Of a stretch of 40,057 nt of DNA, positions 15,655 through 25,605 are shown in pieces. The notes beneath the pieces were generated by a model. That model was given only the letters and a program-made list of their open reading frames with translations. It made no database searches and was not told the origin of the DNA. The stretch spans positions 1 to 40,057 of the forward strand of contig DATKIY010000226.1 in the NCBI GenBank assembly GCA_035543875.1, read 5' to 3'. The DNA comes from Actinomycetes bacterium. GTDB taxonomy: Bacteria; Actinomycetota; Actinomycetes; JAHEKZ01. The number at the start of each line of letters is the position of its first letter. The stretch's first letter is position 1. The position numbers and the translations under genes are program-made.

Positions 15655-16572
15655 ATGCCTGCCGTCACCCGCACTTGGGATCCTGGCGCTCGAATCAGTC
15701 TCGTCGAAACGTTCGGTTCGCTTCGTCGAGGTGGCAACGACCCTGCCCTGCGCGTGATGCCCGATCAATCGGTGTGGTGGACGACCACTACGCCTGATGG
15801 CGTCGGCACGCTTCACGTGGCGTTGGCCGCCGATGCTTGCGTCTGCGCCTCCGCGTGGGGCCTCGGCGCGCAATGGTTGCTCGACGGGCTCCCGAGGCTG
15901 CTGGGCGCCGAAGACGACGCGAGTACTTTCGCTCCGGTCCACGACGTCGTCGCCGCCGCGTACAAACGTCATCGGAGTTGGCGACCTCTCAAGACGAATC
16001 GGACTTTTGAAGCGTGCATTGCTGCCGTAGTTGAGCAAAAGGTCACGGGACGGGAAGCCAGGTACTCCTGGCGCACGCTGCTGGCGCGGTTCGGCGAGCC
16101 AGCTCCGGGGCCAGCTCCCGATGGAATGTTCGCGCCGCCGCCACCTGCAGTCTGGCGACAGCTGGATAGCTCAGACTTTCATCGAGCAGGAGTGACGCCG
16201 CAGCGAGCACGGACTGTCAGCGTCGTTGCGCAGGCTGCCAAGGCCATCCAACGGGCCGCGCTGGTCTCGTCTGCCGAAACCGACCGAGTTCTGCGGGCGC
16301 TGCCAGGGGTCGGGGTCTGGACGTCTGCCGAGACGCGACAGCGTTCGCATGGTGACGCAGATGCCGTGTCGTTTGCCGACTTTCATGTCGCTCAAGACAT
16401 GTGTTGGTGGCTCACTGGAACACGTGGTGACGATGAAGACATGCGGGAGTTGCTCGAGCCTTACGCGGGGCATCGGTACCGCGTTCAGCGACTGATGGAA
16501 CTGTCTGGTGGTGGCGCTCCGCGTCGAGGTCCGCGGCTGGCCATCCCGGCACACCGCACTCATTCTCGCTAG
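15655..16572 (+). CDS. DNA-3-methyladenine glycosylase 2 (AlkA-like, HhH-GPD) family protein
   Basis: Helix-hairpin-helix LPGVGVWTSAE followed by GDADAVSFADFHV (Asp-containing loop). The start is 2 nt after the upstream stop. Confidence 0.7.
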   Translation: MPAVTRTWDPGARISLVETFGSLRRGGNDPALRVMPDQSVWWTTTTPDGVGTLHVALAADACVCASAWGLGAQWLLDGLPRLLGAEDDASTFAPVHDVVAAAYKRHRSWRPLKTNRTFEACIAAVVEQKVTGREARYSWRTLLARFGEPAPGPAPDGMFAPPPPAVWRQLDSSDFHRAGVTPQRARTVSVVAQAAKAIQRAALVSSAETDRVLRALPGVGVWTSAETRQRSHGDADAVSFADFHVAQDMCWWLTGTRGDDEDMRELLEPYAGHRYRVQRLMELSGGGAPRRGPRLAIPAHRTHSR

Positions 16573-16579
16573 CGCGTCA

Positions 16580-16607
16580 GTCGGAAGCAGCTGTTCTTGT
16601 TACCGAC
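16580..16607. terminator. imperfect hairpin between convergent genes (candidate bidirectional terminator)
   Basis: GTCGG-AAGCAG...CTTGTTA-CCGAC: 5 perfect outer pairs plus 5 inner pairs (2 G-U) around a CTGT loop. It lies between the stops at 16570-16572 (+) and 16610-16612 (-). No U tract. Confidence 0.3.
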
Positions 16608-16609
16608 CG

Positions 16610-17788
16610 CTACCCAAAGACGCTCAGTCGGTGCCGGGCGGGAACTGCGAGGATGCCATCTCCGATTGCCAAAGCTTGCAGTTGTCCCGCGTTGTGTTCG
16701 TCCGGTGTTTGAACTGGTGCTCCCACTGAGCCAGTCCAGCGAAGTTGACCGTCGAAGACGTCGAATCCGTAGACTTTGCCAGAAGCCGCACCCACGTACG
16801 CGACGCGGCCGGAGATGACTGGGGCGCTCACGAGCGTGCCGTCGCCTGCCTGTGACCACAAGACAGTTCGCGAAGCCGCGTCGATGCTCGTCAGGGTTCC
16901 GTTCTGCATCAAGAACCCGGTGTCATTGCGAAAAGCTGGCGTTGTGTCAGAGTCAAAAGCACCGGCCCGTTCGCCATCGCTGGTATTGAGGACTTTGGGT
17001 GTCTTGCCTGCGTCATCGCGGATCCAGAGTTTGCCCCGGTGCAGCACGGCCGTCCGACCACCACCGCCGCTGCAATTCGTGGTGTGCACCCACTTCGACT
17101 TGCCAGTCAACGAGAAGCGGTAGGTAACTTCACACGCGAAGGAGACGAAGACACTGCGGCTGTTGACGGCGGGTGAACTCTCGTCGCCGTTCGCGACACC
17201 GCGGCTCCAAATGACCGCGCCGGTCGCTTCGTCAACCGCGTAGAGCGTTCCACCCGAACCGGCGCCAGTGACGTAGACGACCCCACTGTCTGCGGTAGGT
17301 GGCGCCGTGAATGAATACTGGCCCGGAAGGTTGCGAGACCAAATCGGCGTGCCTGTTGACGCGTCAAAAGCTTGCAGCTTTCCGTCGAAGTTGATTGCAA
17401 ACAGCCGACCTGCGTCGTAGGTCAAGCGACCGATTCCATACGGCCCGCCAAGGTCGACAGGACCCCACACCTTGCCGCCGGTTTGGGCATCAAAGGCATG
17501 CACGTTTGTGCCACTGGTGTTTCGGGTGGAAGTGACGAAAACCAGATCCTGTGCGATCACCGGGTACGAAACGTCGCCCTTAAGCCGAAGCGTCCACAGT
17601 CGGGTGAGGTCGCGAGGTAGTGCGGAGCCTGGTGCGCGACCATCGTGCTTTGAACTGATCTGGAAGGCGGTCGCGTCGAAGTACTCCGGCGCAGCCTCCG
17701 AGTCGGTGGAATCACCTGCCTCAGCAATGCTTGGCAAAGCAACGACCGCGAGAAGGGACCCGATTGCCACCATCTTGGTTAGACTCAT
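16610..17788 (-). CDS. secreted PQQ-like (BamB-type) beta-propeller repeat protein
   Basis: Signal peptide MSLTKMVAIGSLLAVVALPSIAEA. Recurring propeller motifs: GGKVWGP, GTPIWSRN, GAVIWSRG, RTVLWSQ, GQLRWTG. Start moved to ATG 17788 (GGGGGG 5 nt upstream) from track 17815. Confidence 0.8.
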   Translation of the reverse strand: MSLTKMVAIGSLLAVVALPSIAEAGDSTDSEAAPEYFDATAFQISSKHDGRAPGSALPRDLTRLWTLRLKGDVSYPVIAQDLVFVTSTRNTSGTNVHAFDAQTGGKVWGPVDLGGPYGIGRLTYDAGRLFAINFDGKLQAFDASTGTPIWSRNLPGQYSFTAPPTADSGVVYVTGAGSGGTLYAVDEATGAVIWSRGVANGDESSPAVNSRSVFVSFACEVTYRFSLTGKSKWVHTTNCSGGGGRTAVLHRGKLWIRDDAGKTPKVLNTSDGERAGAFDSDTTPAFRNDTGFLMQNGTLTSIDAASRTVLWSQAGDGTLVSAPVISGRVAYVGAASGKVYGFDVFDGQLRWTGSVGAPVQTPDEHNAGQLQALAIGDGILAVPARHRLSVFG

Positions 17789-17881
17789 TAAGCCCCCCAC
17801 ACGGCGTTGGATCAATCAGCGTGACCTATGAGGTCGGAACAAGGTTACCAAGAACCACTGAGTTATCTGGCGGATCGACAA

Positions 17882-17910
17882 CTGAGCTGAACCTGGGCCA
17901 AGTGGCTCAG
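17882..17910 (-). terminator. possible stem-loop just downstream of fbiB
   Basis: CTGAGC (17882-17887) and GCTCAG (17905-17910) form a 6-bp stem with a 17-nt loop, 5 nt beyond the fbiB stop on the minus strand. Weak. Confidence 0.2.
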
Positions 17911-17915
17911 GGCTG

Positions 17916-19205
17916 CTACCGCTCAGCCATGACAGCGATGTGGTCCTTGTGTGGTCGGTCGGGTGCGGCTCCATCGGCGTAGCCAACGGCCACTGCCCCC
18001 ATCGGCTCCCACGCAGCAGGGAGTTTCAGCTCGGCACGCACGACGTCGGGACAGAACATCGTGCTGCTCACCCAGGCCGACCCCAGACCTTGCGCCGCGA
18101 GCGACACCAGAAAGTTCTGAACACCTGCGCCCATAGCAACCAAGAACATCGATCGTTCGGCCGTCGTTCGACGTTCGTCCGGATAGGTGTGACTTCCCTG
18201 CATGACGAGGCAGGGAACCACAAGACACGGCGCTTCTCGGAGCAGGTGGCCACGGCGCACTCGTCGATCGATCTCGGCTGCTTCCAACCCATCTCGACGG
18301 GGGTCCACACGCCATTGCTGCGCCATCGCATCAAGCAGCTGGACTCTGGTCGATGGTTCGCGCACAACGACAAACCGCCATGGGTTGGTGTGGTGAGGCG
18401 CTGGAGCAGTGATTGCGTCGGCTACTGCGCGTTCTAACACGCTGTCGGGCACCGGTTGCTTGAGGAAACGACGGATGGTTCGTCGAGAGCGCAGCACGTC
18501 GCCCGTGCCGAGCCTGAACAGGTCCTCCTCAGGTGGGCGAACCAGGGTGCCGGCTCCCGGGCCGTGGTCGGAGAGAACGAGGTGGCGCAAACCCCGTACG
18601 ACCGCGACAGGACACCCGCTGGCTTTTCCCAAAACGAGGTTGGCGGCGCCAGCGATCTCGTCTGCAACGGCAGGCTGCGTGACGTGTAGCTGCGTGCCGT
18701 GAGTGTCCGTGGTGCCGGCCAGGTCCACGGAGACCGATACTCCGGAGGCGCCGATCGCGATATCGGTCTGTCCTACGCGCCATGGGCGTCCAACAGTGTC
18801 GGTGATGATGACACCGAGCTCCACCTTCAGTTTCTGCTTCAGGTCTGTGCGAAGTCGGTGAGCGGAGTCGTCGGGGGCAATGGGCAGCAGAACATAAGAG
18901 CCCGGACTTGTGTTACTTGTGTCGACGCCAGCCGCCGCCATGACAAGACCGTGACGCGTCTCGACGATGGAAAGGTCGTCACGTTCGGCAACAACCCGAG
19001 TCGTCTCCATTCGCACGTGCTCGCTGCGTGTACCTCCGACGACGATCCGTCCCTCAGCCTTGCTGACAACCTTGCTGGTGACGACGACGATGTCGCCGTC
19101 TACCAAGTCGGGTCCGTGACTGGCGATGAGCTCAGCTAGGTCGGCTCCCTTCGCAATCTCCGGAAGCCCCTCAACTGGAAGCACCTGTAGTGGTGTCACG
19201 AACAA
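17916..19205 (-). CDS. fbiB: bifunctional F420 gamma-glutamyl ligase (CofE domain) / dehydro-F420-0 reductase (nitroreductase domain), FbiB
   Basis: Collinear by eye with M. tuberculosis FbiB. Matching blocks: LPVEGLPE, VVVTSKVVSKAEGR, ITDTVGRPWRVGQTDIAIGASG, VADEIAGAANLV.GKA, then TAPAPHHTNPWRFV and AWEPMGAVAVGYAD in the nitroreductase half. Start set to TTG 19205 (AAGG 6 nt upstream, 1 nt after the fbiA stop codon, which occupies 19207-19209). GTG 19199 or track ATG 19274 (68-nt overlap with fbiA) are alternatives. Confidence 0.9.
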   Translation of the reverse strand: MFVTPLQVLPVEGLPEIAKGADLAELIASHGPDLVDGDIVVVTSKVVSKAEGRIVVGGTRSEHVRMETTRVVAERDDLSIVETRHGLVMAAAGVDTSNTSPGSYVLLPIAPDDSAHRLRTDLKQKLKVELGVIITDTVGRPWRVGQTDIAIGASGVSVSVDLAGTTDTHGTQLHVTQPAVADEIAGAANLVLGKASGCPVAVVRGLRHLVLSDHGPGAGTLVRPPEEDLFRLGTGDVLRSRRTIRRFLKQPVPDSVLERAVADAITAPAPHHTNPWRFVVVREPSTRVQLLDAMAQQWRVDPRRDGLEAAEIDRRVRRGHLLREAPCLVVPCLVMQGSHTYPDERRTTAERSMFLVAMGAGVQNFLVSLAAQGLGSAWVSSTMFCPDVVRAELKLPAAWEPMGAVAVGYADGAAPDRPHKDHIAVMAER

Positions 19206-19206
19206 C

Positions 19207-20205
19207 TCAAGCCTTGATTTCGACGGCGAGATCGAGCGCCGCGCCTGCGATAGCGGCTGACGTTTCGGTGTCAATCATGAGCAACGGGCGCGCGCGCGTG
19301 ACCATGCCTGGGGAAGCGGCGAGTGAGGCATCCTGTTCGTCGACAAGCCACCCGTCGAGCAGACCGCCTGCGAGCCGAGCGCCGTAGTGAGCCGCGACCG
19401 ACTGCGCGTTGGTTTGCACGCCGATGGCGCGTAGGCACGCGTCAGCCATTCCGCGAACGGGAGCGCCCGAGATGATGGGTGAGACTCCGACTACTGGCGC
19501 GGCGGTTGTGCGAATTGCGTCCGCAACGCCGGGCACCTGCAGAATCGCTCCGATGCTCACCACGGGGTTTGATGGTGGCAGCAGCACCGCGTCGCAGTCG
19601 CTGATCGCCTCCAAGACACCGGGAGCAGGCTTGGCTTGGTCTGCTCCAAGGAAGACGAACTCTTGGGCAGGCACCGAAGCTTGTAGTCGCACCCACCATT
19701 CTTGAAAATGGATCGCGCGCTTTCCGTCACTGCTCTCGGCGCTATCTGGATCGTTAATGACCACATGGGTTTCGACCGGTTCGTTGCTCATGGGGAGCAA
19801 GGTCACTCCCGGCTCCCACCGAGCGCACAATGCCGCCGTCACATCGGTTAGTGACCAGCCCGATCGGAGCATTTGCGTGCGCACGATGTGCGTTGCGATA
19901 TCGCGGTCGCCGAGCGTGAACCAGTCTGGGGCAACCTCGTAGGCGGCGAACTCCTCCCGAACGGTAAACGTCTCATGAGCCCGCCCCCAACCTTGTTCGT
20001 CATGTATGCCGCCTCCGAGCGTGTACATGACGGTGTCCAAGTCGGGACACACTCGCAGTCCATACAAGGTGATGTCGTCAGCGGTGTTGCCCACGACCGT
20101 GACTTTGGCTCCGGCGTACTTGTCCCGCCTGACGGACAGGTGGTGCAGCAGGCCAACCAGAAACCGCGCCCCCCCGATGCCGCCTGCAAGTGCGGTGATA
20201 TTCAT
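19207..20205 (-). CDS. fbiA: 2-phospho-L-lactate (EPPG:FO) transferase, FbiA/CofD
   Basis: MNITALAGGIGGARFLVGL is the CofD N-terminal signature, and the gene lies directly upstream of fbiB. Start moved to ATG 20205 from track 20304. Confidence 0.9.
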   Translation of the reverse strand: MNITALAGGIGGARFLVGLLHHLSVRRDKYAGAKVTVVGNTADDITLYGLRVCPDLDTVMYTLGGGIHDEQGWGRAHETFTVREEFAAYEVAPDWFTLGDRDIATHIVRTQMLRSGWSLTDVTAALCARWEPGVTLLPMSNEPVETHVVINDPDSAESSDGKRAIHFQEWWVRLQASVPAQEFVFLGADQAKPAPGVLEAISDCDAVLLPPSNPVVSIGAILQVPGVADAIRTTAAPVVGVSPIISGAPVRGMADACLRAIGVQTNAQSVAAHYGARLAGGLLDGWLVDEQDASLAASPGMVTRARPLLMIDTETSAAIAGAALDLAVEIKA

Positions 20206-20302
20206 GCCGCGATCCTCGCAGTCGAATGTTCTCGGACACCTGGGGGAGTGCAGTAGCGTGTCGACGGTGGATAACGATCGACCGCCCGTCGACGACCATC
20301 CC

Positions 20303-21121
20303 ATGGCGACTCGGTGGGCTAGATCGTTGGCGTCGTGGGGGATTCCACAGCCGATTCTGGATGCTGCTCCGCGCGATCCGTGGGGTTTTCCCGTAGCTAG
20401 GTTCGCCGGACGTGCGGACCGTGCGGTTGCCCATCCGGGCGGGGCTTCCTACGAAAGAGCCGTCGCGGCTTTGAGTGATGATCCAGGGTCAGTTCTTGAC
20501 GTCGGGGCCGGTGCTGGCGCCGCCTGTTTGCCGCTGGCGCCGATGGCGACCCTGCTGACCGCTGTGGACGACAAGGCCGAAATGCTCGCTGCTTTTGAAG
20601 AGCGGGCCACCCGGCTCGGTGTCTCGCATCGAAGTGTTCAAGGCTCCTGGCCAGCAGTCGCTGGGCAGGTAGATGTACACGACGTCGTCGTGACGCACCA
20701 TGTCGTGTATAACGTCCCGGCGATCTCGGCCTTTCTGCGGGCCTTGACTAACCACGCGAAACGCAGAGTCGTTGTCGAGCTACCACCTCGTCACCCACTC
20801 AGCTGGATGAACCCACTCTGGGAGAGGTTCCACGGGATAAGCCGTCCCAGCTCGCCAACTGCAGACGATCTCGTTGCGGTGCTTGAGGAGCTGGGGGTAA
20901 CTCAGCTGGACGTCGATCGATGGTCGGCCGACGCTGAGTCGAGTGATGGATCCGACTCAGAGGACCCGGACGCAAGGGCGGCGCTGGTCGCACAACGACT
21001 GTGTCTACCGCAGGAGCGCGAGCCCGAGGTCGGTGAAGCGCTGCGCGAGATGGATTCGGGCTATCACCGAGAACTCGTCACCGTTTCCTGGCAGGGCGGA
21101 GCCGGCGGAAGCGGCGGTTAG
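20303..21121 (+). CDS. class I SAM-dependent methyltransferase, substrate unknown
   Basis: Motif [17 protein letters not shown]. Only the part downstream of fbiA is coding-like, so the track start 20006 (antisense to fbiA) was rejected. ATG 20303 or GTG 20258 are possible starts. Confidence 0.7.
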   Translation: MATRWARSLASWGIPQPILDAAPRDPWGFPVARFAGRADRAVAHPGGASYERAVAALSDDPGSVLDVGAGAGAACLPLAPMATLLTAVDDKAEMLAAFEERATRLGVSHRSVQGSWPAVAGQVDVHDVVVTHHVVYNVPAISAFLRALTNHAKRRVVVELPPRHPLSWMNPLWERFHGISRPSSPTADDLVAVLEELGVTQLDVDRWSADAESSDGSDSEDPDARAALVAQRLCLPQEREPEVGEALREMDSGYHRELVTVSWQGGAGGSGG

Positions 21122-22152
21122 CTATGTTGCACCGAAGGCATGCTCGTGATCGGAAGACGGACGACAAACCGGCAGCCACCGTCGACATTGGCGACTGTGA
21201 CATCGCCCTGATGCGCTTCGACGATGCCCTGAACAATCGCTAGACCAAGGCCAGCCCCACCGTCGGGTTCCGGTGTGCGCGCCGGCACGCCCCGCCAGCC
21301 AACCTCAAACACACGACCGAGATCTTCTGTGGGAATTCCGCCGCACCCGTCAGTGACCGACACCGTGGCCGAGCCCATGGCGTCCACGTGAGCCTTGACT
21401 TCCACCGACCCGTCGTGCGGGGTGTGTCGGATGGCATTCGCGACGAGATTGCTGAGTGCTCTGCGGAGCTCTCGTTCGTCGGCAGACACCGGATGAGCGG
21501 CGTCTGCTACGCCAACGAGTTTGACTCCCCGTGCCTTTGCAACCGGCTCAGCGGCCGCCAGTACATCCCCGATCACATCGGGTAGGGACAGTCTCTGCAG
21601 CGCCAAGTTGAGTGAACCACTTTGGATACGTGACAGCTCAAACAGGTCGTCAACCATCGACGACAGTCGCTCGACCTCAGTTCGGATCTGATGGTGGTAG
21701 CGACTCGGGTCATCGACCACACCATCTTCAAGCGCCTCGGCCATGGCTCGTAGTCCGGCGAGCGGCGTTCGGAGATCGTGCGAAACCCAAGCAACAAGTT
21801 CTCGGCGCGTGCGTTCGGCCTCTTGTGCGCGGATCTGGTCTTCGGTTTGCTTAGCACTGGTGATTTCAAGTTGTCGAACTTGCCGTGCAAGCAGTACCCC
21901 GACGGCTACGGCCATCACGCTCGTGACCGCGCAGACCACCAGGACCACCCCTAGGTCATGCGATGACAAGAACATCTGTTGCGCGGCCGCGACCACCCCA
22001 ACGGCCATCGCGACCACCGCCGTGATTGGTGCGATGACGGTCGCCGCGCGCAGTGACCGACGGCTAAGCAGTCTTAGCGTGGCCCAGCCGATCAGTCCGA
22101 CTGCCGCGGCTGTTGCAGTGGCCGTCAGCGTGATCGAGGCCCATGGGCTCAT
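21118..22152 (-). CDS. sensor histidine kinase, intramembrane-sensing type (3 TM, no extracytoplasmic, HAMP or PAS domain)
   Basis: H-box [10 protein letters not shown] (His about aa 125), N-box [14 protein letters not shown]1 DGCGGIP, G2 GAGLGLAIV. Three hydrophobic helices within aa 5-89 are joined by loops of at most 8-10 aa. The ATG overlaps the RR stop (ATGA). Confidence 0.9.
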   Translation of the reverse strand: MSPWASITLTATATAAAVGLIGWATLRLLSRRSLRAATVIAPITAVVAMAVGVVAAAQQMFLSSHDLGVVLVVCAVTSVMAVAVGVLLARQVRQLEITSAKQTEDQIRAQEAERTRRELVAWVSHDLRTPLAGLRAMAEALEDGVVDDPSRYHHQIRTEVERLSSMVDDLFELSRIQSGSLNLALQRLSLPDVIGDVLAAAEPVAKARGVKLVGVADAAHPVSADERELRRALSNLVANAIRHTPHDGSVEVKAHVDAMGSATVSVTDGCGGIPTEDLGRVFEVGWRGVPARTPEPDGGAGLGLAIVQGIVEAHQGDVTVANVDGGCRFVVRLPITSMPSVQHS

Positions 22153-22871
22153 GAGTTGGACTGCGCCTCAGAATCCCAGCGATAGCCCACTCCCCAGACA
22201 GTGACCAGTCGGACGGGCTCTGCCGGGTCAGGCTCGATCTTTTCGCGGAGCCGTCGGACATGCACGGTGACCGTCGACTGGTCGCCAAACGACCAACCCC
22301 ATACCCGGTCCATGAGTTCGGTTCGCGTGAACGCCTTGCCGGGGTTCGACAGAAAGAAGGCGAGTAGGTCGAACTCGCGCGAGGTGAGGCTCAGCGCCTC
22401 GCCTGATCTGCTCGCCCGGTGTGCTGTGACATCGATAACCAGGTCGCCGTCGGTCAGCTGCGGGGCTGCAACCACCGAGGAGGCGAAGTCACTAGCGTCG
22501 GCAGAGTTCATGGTTGTCCGTCGAAGCACGGACTGGACGCGAAGCACCAACTCACGGGGGCTGAAGGGTTTGGTCACGTAGTCGTCCGCACCGACCTCCA
22601 GACCAAGGACCCGATCGACCTCTTCTCCCAGCGCGGTCAGCATGACCACCGGTACGTTGCTCGTTTGCCGCAACCTCCGGCACACCTCGAGACCGTCGAT
22701 GCCAGGCAACATCAGGTCCAGAATCACCAAATCCGGGGGATGCTCGTGCGCGCTGGTAAGCGCAGCTTCCCCTGTCGCAACGCGTGTGGCCGCGAAACCA
22801 GCCCGTTCGAGGTAGCTGACGACAACCTCCGCAACGGTGGGGTCGTCGTCGACAACGAGCACACTAGGCAT
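22149..22871 (-). CDS. OmpR/PhoB-family response regulator
   Basis: Receiver: VLVVDDDP...[14 protein letters not shown]...KPF. Winged helix: [31 protein letters not shown]...[10 protein letters not shown]. Start placed at the internal ATG 22871 ([10 protein letters not shown]); track start 22907 is possible. Confidence 0.9.
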   Translation of the reverse strand: MPSVLVVDDDPTVAEVVVSYLERAGFAATRVATGEAALTSAHEHPPDLVILDLMLPGIDGLEVCRRLRQTSNVPVVMLTALGEEVDRVLGLEVGADDYVTKPFSPRELVLRVQSVLRRTTMNSADASDFASSVVAAPQLTDGDLVIDVTAHRASRSGEALSLTSREFDLLAFFLSNPGKAFTRTELMDRVWGWSFGDQSTVTVHVRRLREKIEPDPAEPVRLVTVWGVGYRWDSEAQSNS

Positions 22872-22974
22872 GACCTCAGAGTAGGCCGACGGGCTTAGCG
22901 CAGACATGATGCGTTCACGCTAGTAGTGGCCGGCGGCCGATCCTAGACACATTCGATGACGAAGGTCTTACCGA

Positions 22975-25605
22975 ATGCTGACGCGTAGTGTCGGGCTCGT
23001 GGCCAACGAAGCCGGTGTGACCAATGACGTGCAGGTGATGAACCAAGACGAGCGGCAAGCTCCGACGCTGGCACAGATCAGACGGGCGTTGCGGCGCGCG
23101 AAAGCCGGAAAGTCATTGGATCTCCGCGAGGCGACAACGTTGCTCCACGCACGTGATGAGGAGTTTGACGAGCTGCTGGATGTGGCCAGCGCTGTCCGTG
23201 ATCGCGGTTTGTTCGATGCCGGTCTGTCTGGTCTCATCACGTATTCACGCAAGGTGTTTGTCCCTCTGACACAACTGTGCCGGGATCGTTGTCACTACTG
23301 CACCTTTGTCAAGGCACCGGCCGAAGTTCCCGAACCTTTTCTGTTGCCCAGCCAGGTGCTGGAGATAGCAGCCCGGGGCGCGGAACTCGAATGCAAGGAA
23401 GCCCTCTTCACCTTGGGCGACCGGCCGGAGTCTCGCTGGCCGCAGGCTAGGCAGTGGTTGGCCGAGCGTGGATACGAGTCAACCTTGGACTACCTACGCG
23501 CAATGGCTGTCCTGGTTTTGGAGGAGACGGGACTGCTGCCACACCTCAACCCTGGGGTGATGAGCTGGTCCGAAATGCAGCGGCTCCGACCGGTCGCACC
23601 GTCTGCCGGCCTGATGTTGGAAACGGCCAGCGATCGGCTGTGGCGCACGCTCGGCCAACCGCACTTCGGTTCAGTCGACAAGGAGCCGGCTGTCCGGCTG
23701 CGGGTGCTGCAGGACGCGGGCAGACTGTCGATCCCTTTCACCACTGGGATTCTCGTCGGCATTGGTGAGACTCGGGTCGAGCGAGTTGAGGCGCTTCTGG
23801 CGATCCGCAAGATCGCCAACGAGTTTGGTCACATCCAAGAAGTCATCGTGCAGAACTTCCGGGCCAAACCCGACACCGTTATGCGCGGAGCGAACGAGCC
23901 ATCCTTCGATGAGTTTCGCGCGACCGTCGCGGTCGCTCGGTTACTCCTCGGACCAGGGATGCGGATCCAGGTGCCGCCCAACCTGTCCGACAGTTCGTTG
24001 CTTGGCGGACTGGTTCACGCGGGTATCGACGACTGGGGCGGCGTGAGCCCACTGACACCAGATCACGTTAACCCGGAGCGCCCGTGGCCCCAGCTGGAAA
24101 CGTTGGCCAAGGTCACGACCGATTCAGGCTTCTCGTTGGCTGAACGCTTGACCGCGCATCCGAGGTACCTGCGACGCACCCAGACCTGGGTAGACCCTCG
24201 GGTGCAACCACACGTTGCTTCACTCGTGACTGCGCGGGGCTTGGCACGAGAAGGGACACGCCCGCACGGGCAGCCTTGGCAAGAACCCGATGCGTCGTGG
24301 GCGAGTAGTGGCCGCACCGACCTTCACGAAGCTGTCGACCGGGCTGGCCGCTTACTCCCCCAGAGGTCGGACACGCATGAGGCGTTCGGGAACTGGGATG
24401 ACGTTCGGCGCAACGCTCGAGACGTCCGTCCGTCACGACTCGAAAGTGACCTCGCAGCCGCGATGCGCGTGGCGAGCACCGATCCGGCTGCATTGTTGGA
24501 GCCAGAGTACGAGTCGCTGGCTCTCGCGTTGCTCCATGCCGACGGCGAAGGGCTGGACGCCGTGACTCGTCTGGCTGATGAAATCCGCCGGGACACGGTG
24601 GGCGACGAGGTGACGTTTGTCGTCAATCGCAATATCAATTTCACCAACGTTTGTTACACCGGCTGCCGATTCTGCGCTTTTGCTCAGCGCAAATCAGATC
24701 CCGATGCCTACACCTTGTCTGTCGACGAAGTGGCCAGGCGAGCGACGGAAGCCTGGGCTGTCGGTGCGACCGAGGTCTGCATGCAAGGCGGGATTGACCC
24801 AGCTCTTCCCGGCACGGCGTACGCAGACCTGGTACTAGCCGTCAAAGCGGCAGTTCCTGACATGCATGTCCACGCGTTTAGCCCGATGGAAATCGTCAAC
24901 GGAGCATCACGCAGTGGAGTGTCCATCGACGACTTCCTAGCGTCACTGCAAGCAGTGGGGCTCGACACGCTGCCGGGTACCGCTGCCGAAATCCTCGATG
25001 ACGACATTCGATGGATCTTGACGAAAGGCAAGTTGCCGACGTCGTCCTGGGTTGAGGTTGTGACCGCCGCGCATCAGCGTGGAATCCGAACGAGCAGCAC
25101 GATGATGTTCGGGCATGTCGATCAGCCTCGGCACTGGCTTCAACACTTTCGGGTGCTGGCCGCGATTCAAGATGAAACCGGTGGCTTTACCGAGTTCGTT
25201 CCGCTTCCCTTCGTCCACCATTCGGCGCCGCTGTACTTGGCCGGCGCTTCTCGCCCTGGCCCCACGACGAGGGAAAACCGGATCGTGCCTGCGGCTGCGA
25301 GGTTGCTGTTGCACACCAGGATTGACCACATCCAAGCGTCGTGGGTCAAGCTTGGAGCCGACGGCTGTCGGCAACTGCTGGTCGAAGGCGCCAATGACCT
25401 GGGCGGGACCTTGATGGAAGAGACGATCAGCCGCATGGCAGGCAGTCAGCATGGGTCGTCGATGTCGGTCACCGACTTGGCTGGGATAGCCGAGTCGCTG
25501 GGTCGCCCGGCTCGAATGCGCACCACGACCTATGGCGTGGTCGACCCTGAGCGGTTCCGCGTCGCGCAAGCCGAGGACGGGGTGCTAGCGGCTAAGGCGC
25601 AGTAG
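22975..25605 (+). CDS. fbiC: FO (7,8-didemethyl-8-hydroxy-5-deazariboflavin) synthase, fused CofG/CofH, FbiC
   Basis: Two radical-SAM cysteine triads: [10 protein letters not shown] and [10 protein letters not shown]. End-to-end similarity by eye to M. tuberculosis FbiC ([51 protein letters not shown]). GAAGG lies 9 nt upstream of ATG 22975; ATG 23038 is an alternative start. Confidence 0.92.
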   Translation: MLTRSVGLVANEAGVTNDVQVMNQDERQAPTLAQIRRALRRAKAGKSLDLREATTLLHARDEEFDELLDVASAVRDRGLFDAGLSGLITYSRKVFVPLTQLCRDRCHYCTFVKAPAEVPEPFLLPSQVLEIAARGAELECKEALFTLGDRPESRWPQARQWLAERGYESTLDYLRAMAVLVLEETGLLPHLNPGVMSWSEMQRLRPVAPSAGLMLETASDRLWRTLGQPHFGSVDKEPAVRLRVLQDAGRLSIPFTTGILVGIGETRVERVEALLAIRKIANEFGHIQEVIVQNFRAKPDTVMRGANEPSFDEFRATVAVARLLLGPGMRIQVPPNLSDSSLLGGLVHAGIDDWGGVSPLTPDHVNPERPWPQLETLAKVTTDSGFSLAERLTAHPRYLRRTQTWVDPRVQPHVASLVTARGLAREGTRPHGQPWQEPDASWASSGRTDLHEAVDRAGRLLPQRSDTHEAFGNWDDVRRNARDVRPSRLESDLAAAMRVASTDPAALLEPEYESLALALLHADGEGLDAVTRLADEIRRDTVGDEVTFVVNRNINFTNVCYTGCRFCAFAQRKSDPDAYTLSVDEVARRATEAWAVGATEVCMQGGIDPALPGTAYADLVLAVKAAVPDMHVHAFSPMEIVNGASRSGVSIDDFLASLQAVGLDTLPGTAAEILDDDIRWILTKGKLPTSSWVEVVTAAHQRGIRTSSTMMFGHVDQPRHWLQHFRVLAAIQDETGGFTEFVPLPFVHHSAPLYLAGASRPGPTTRENRIVPAAARLLLHTRIDHIQASWVKLGADGCRQLLVEGANDLGGTLMEETISRMAGSQHGSSMSVTDLAGIAESLGRPARMRTTTYGVVDPERFRVAQAEDGVLAAKAQ

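Noticed and set aside
20006-20302. N-terminal 99 codons of track ORF 20006..21121
   Set aside because: This part is antisense to the well-supported fbiA coding sequence and reads as low-complexity sequence. The methyltransferase-like sequence only begins after about 20258-20303.
21118-21121. 4-nt tail-to-tail overlap of the methyltransferase and kinase genes as a regulatory feature
   Set aside because: Overlapping convergent stops are common in compact GC-rich genomes. There is no evidence of functional antisense interaction, so it is only mentioned in context.
22872-22974. Search for OmpR-type direct-repeat operator in the RR/fbiC divergent spacer
   Set aside because: I saw only short, imperfect elements (TAGCG...CGCTA inverted 5-mers; TAGTGG/TAGTGT about 60 nt apart). 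Nothing stands out from chance, so no binding site is claimed.
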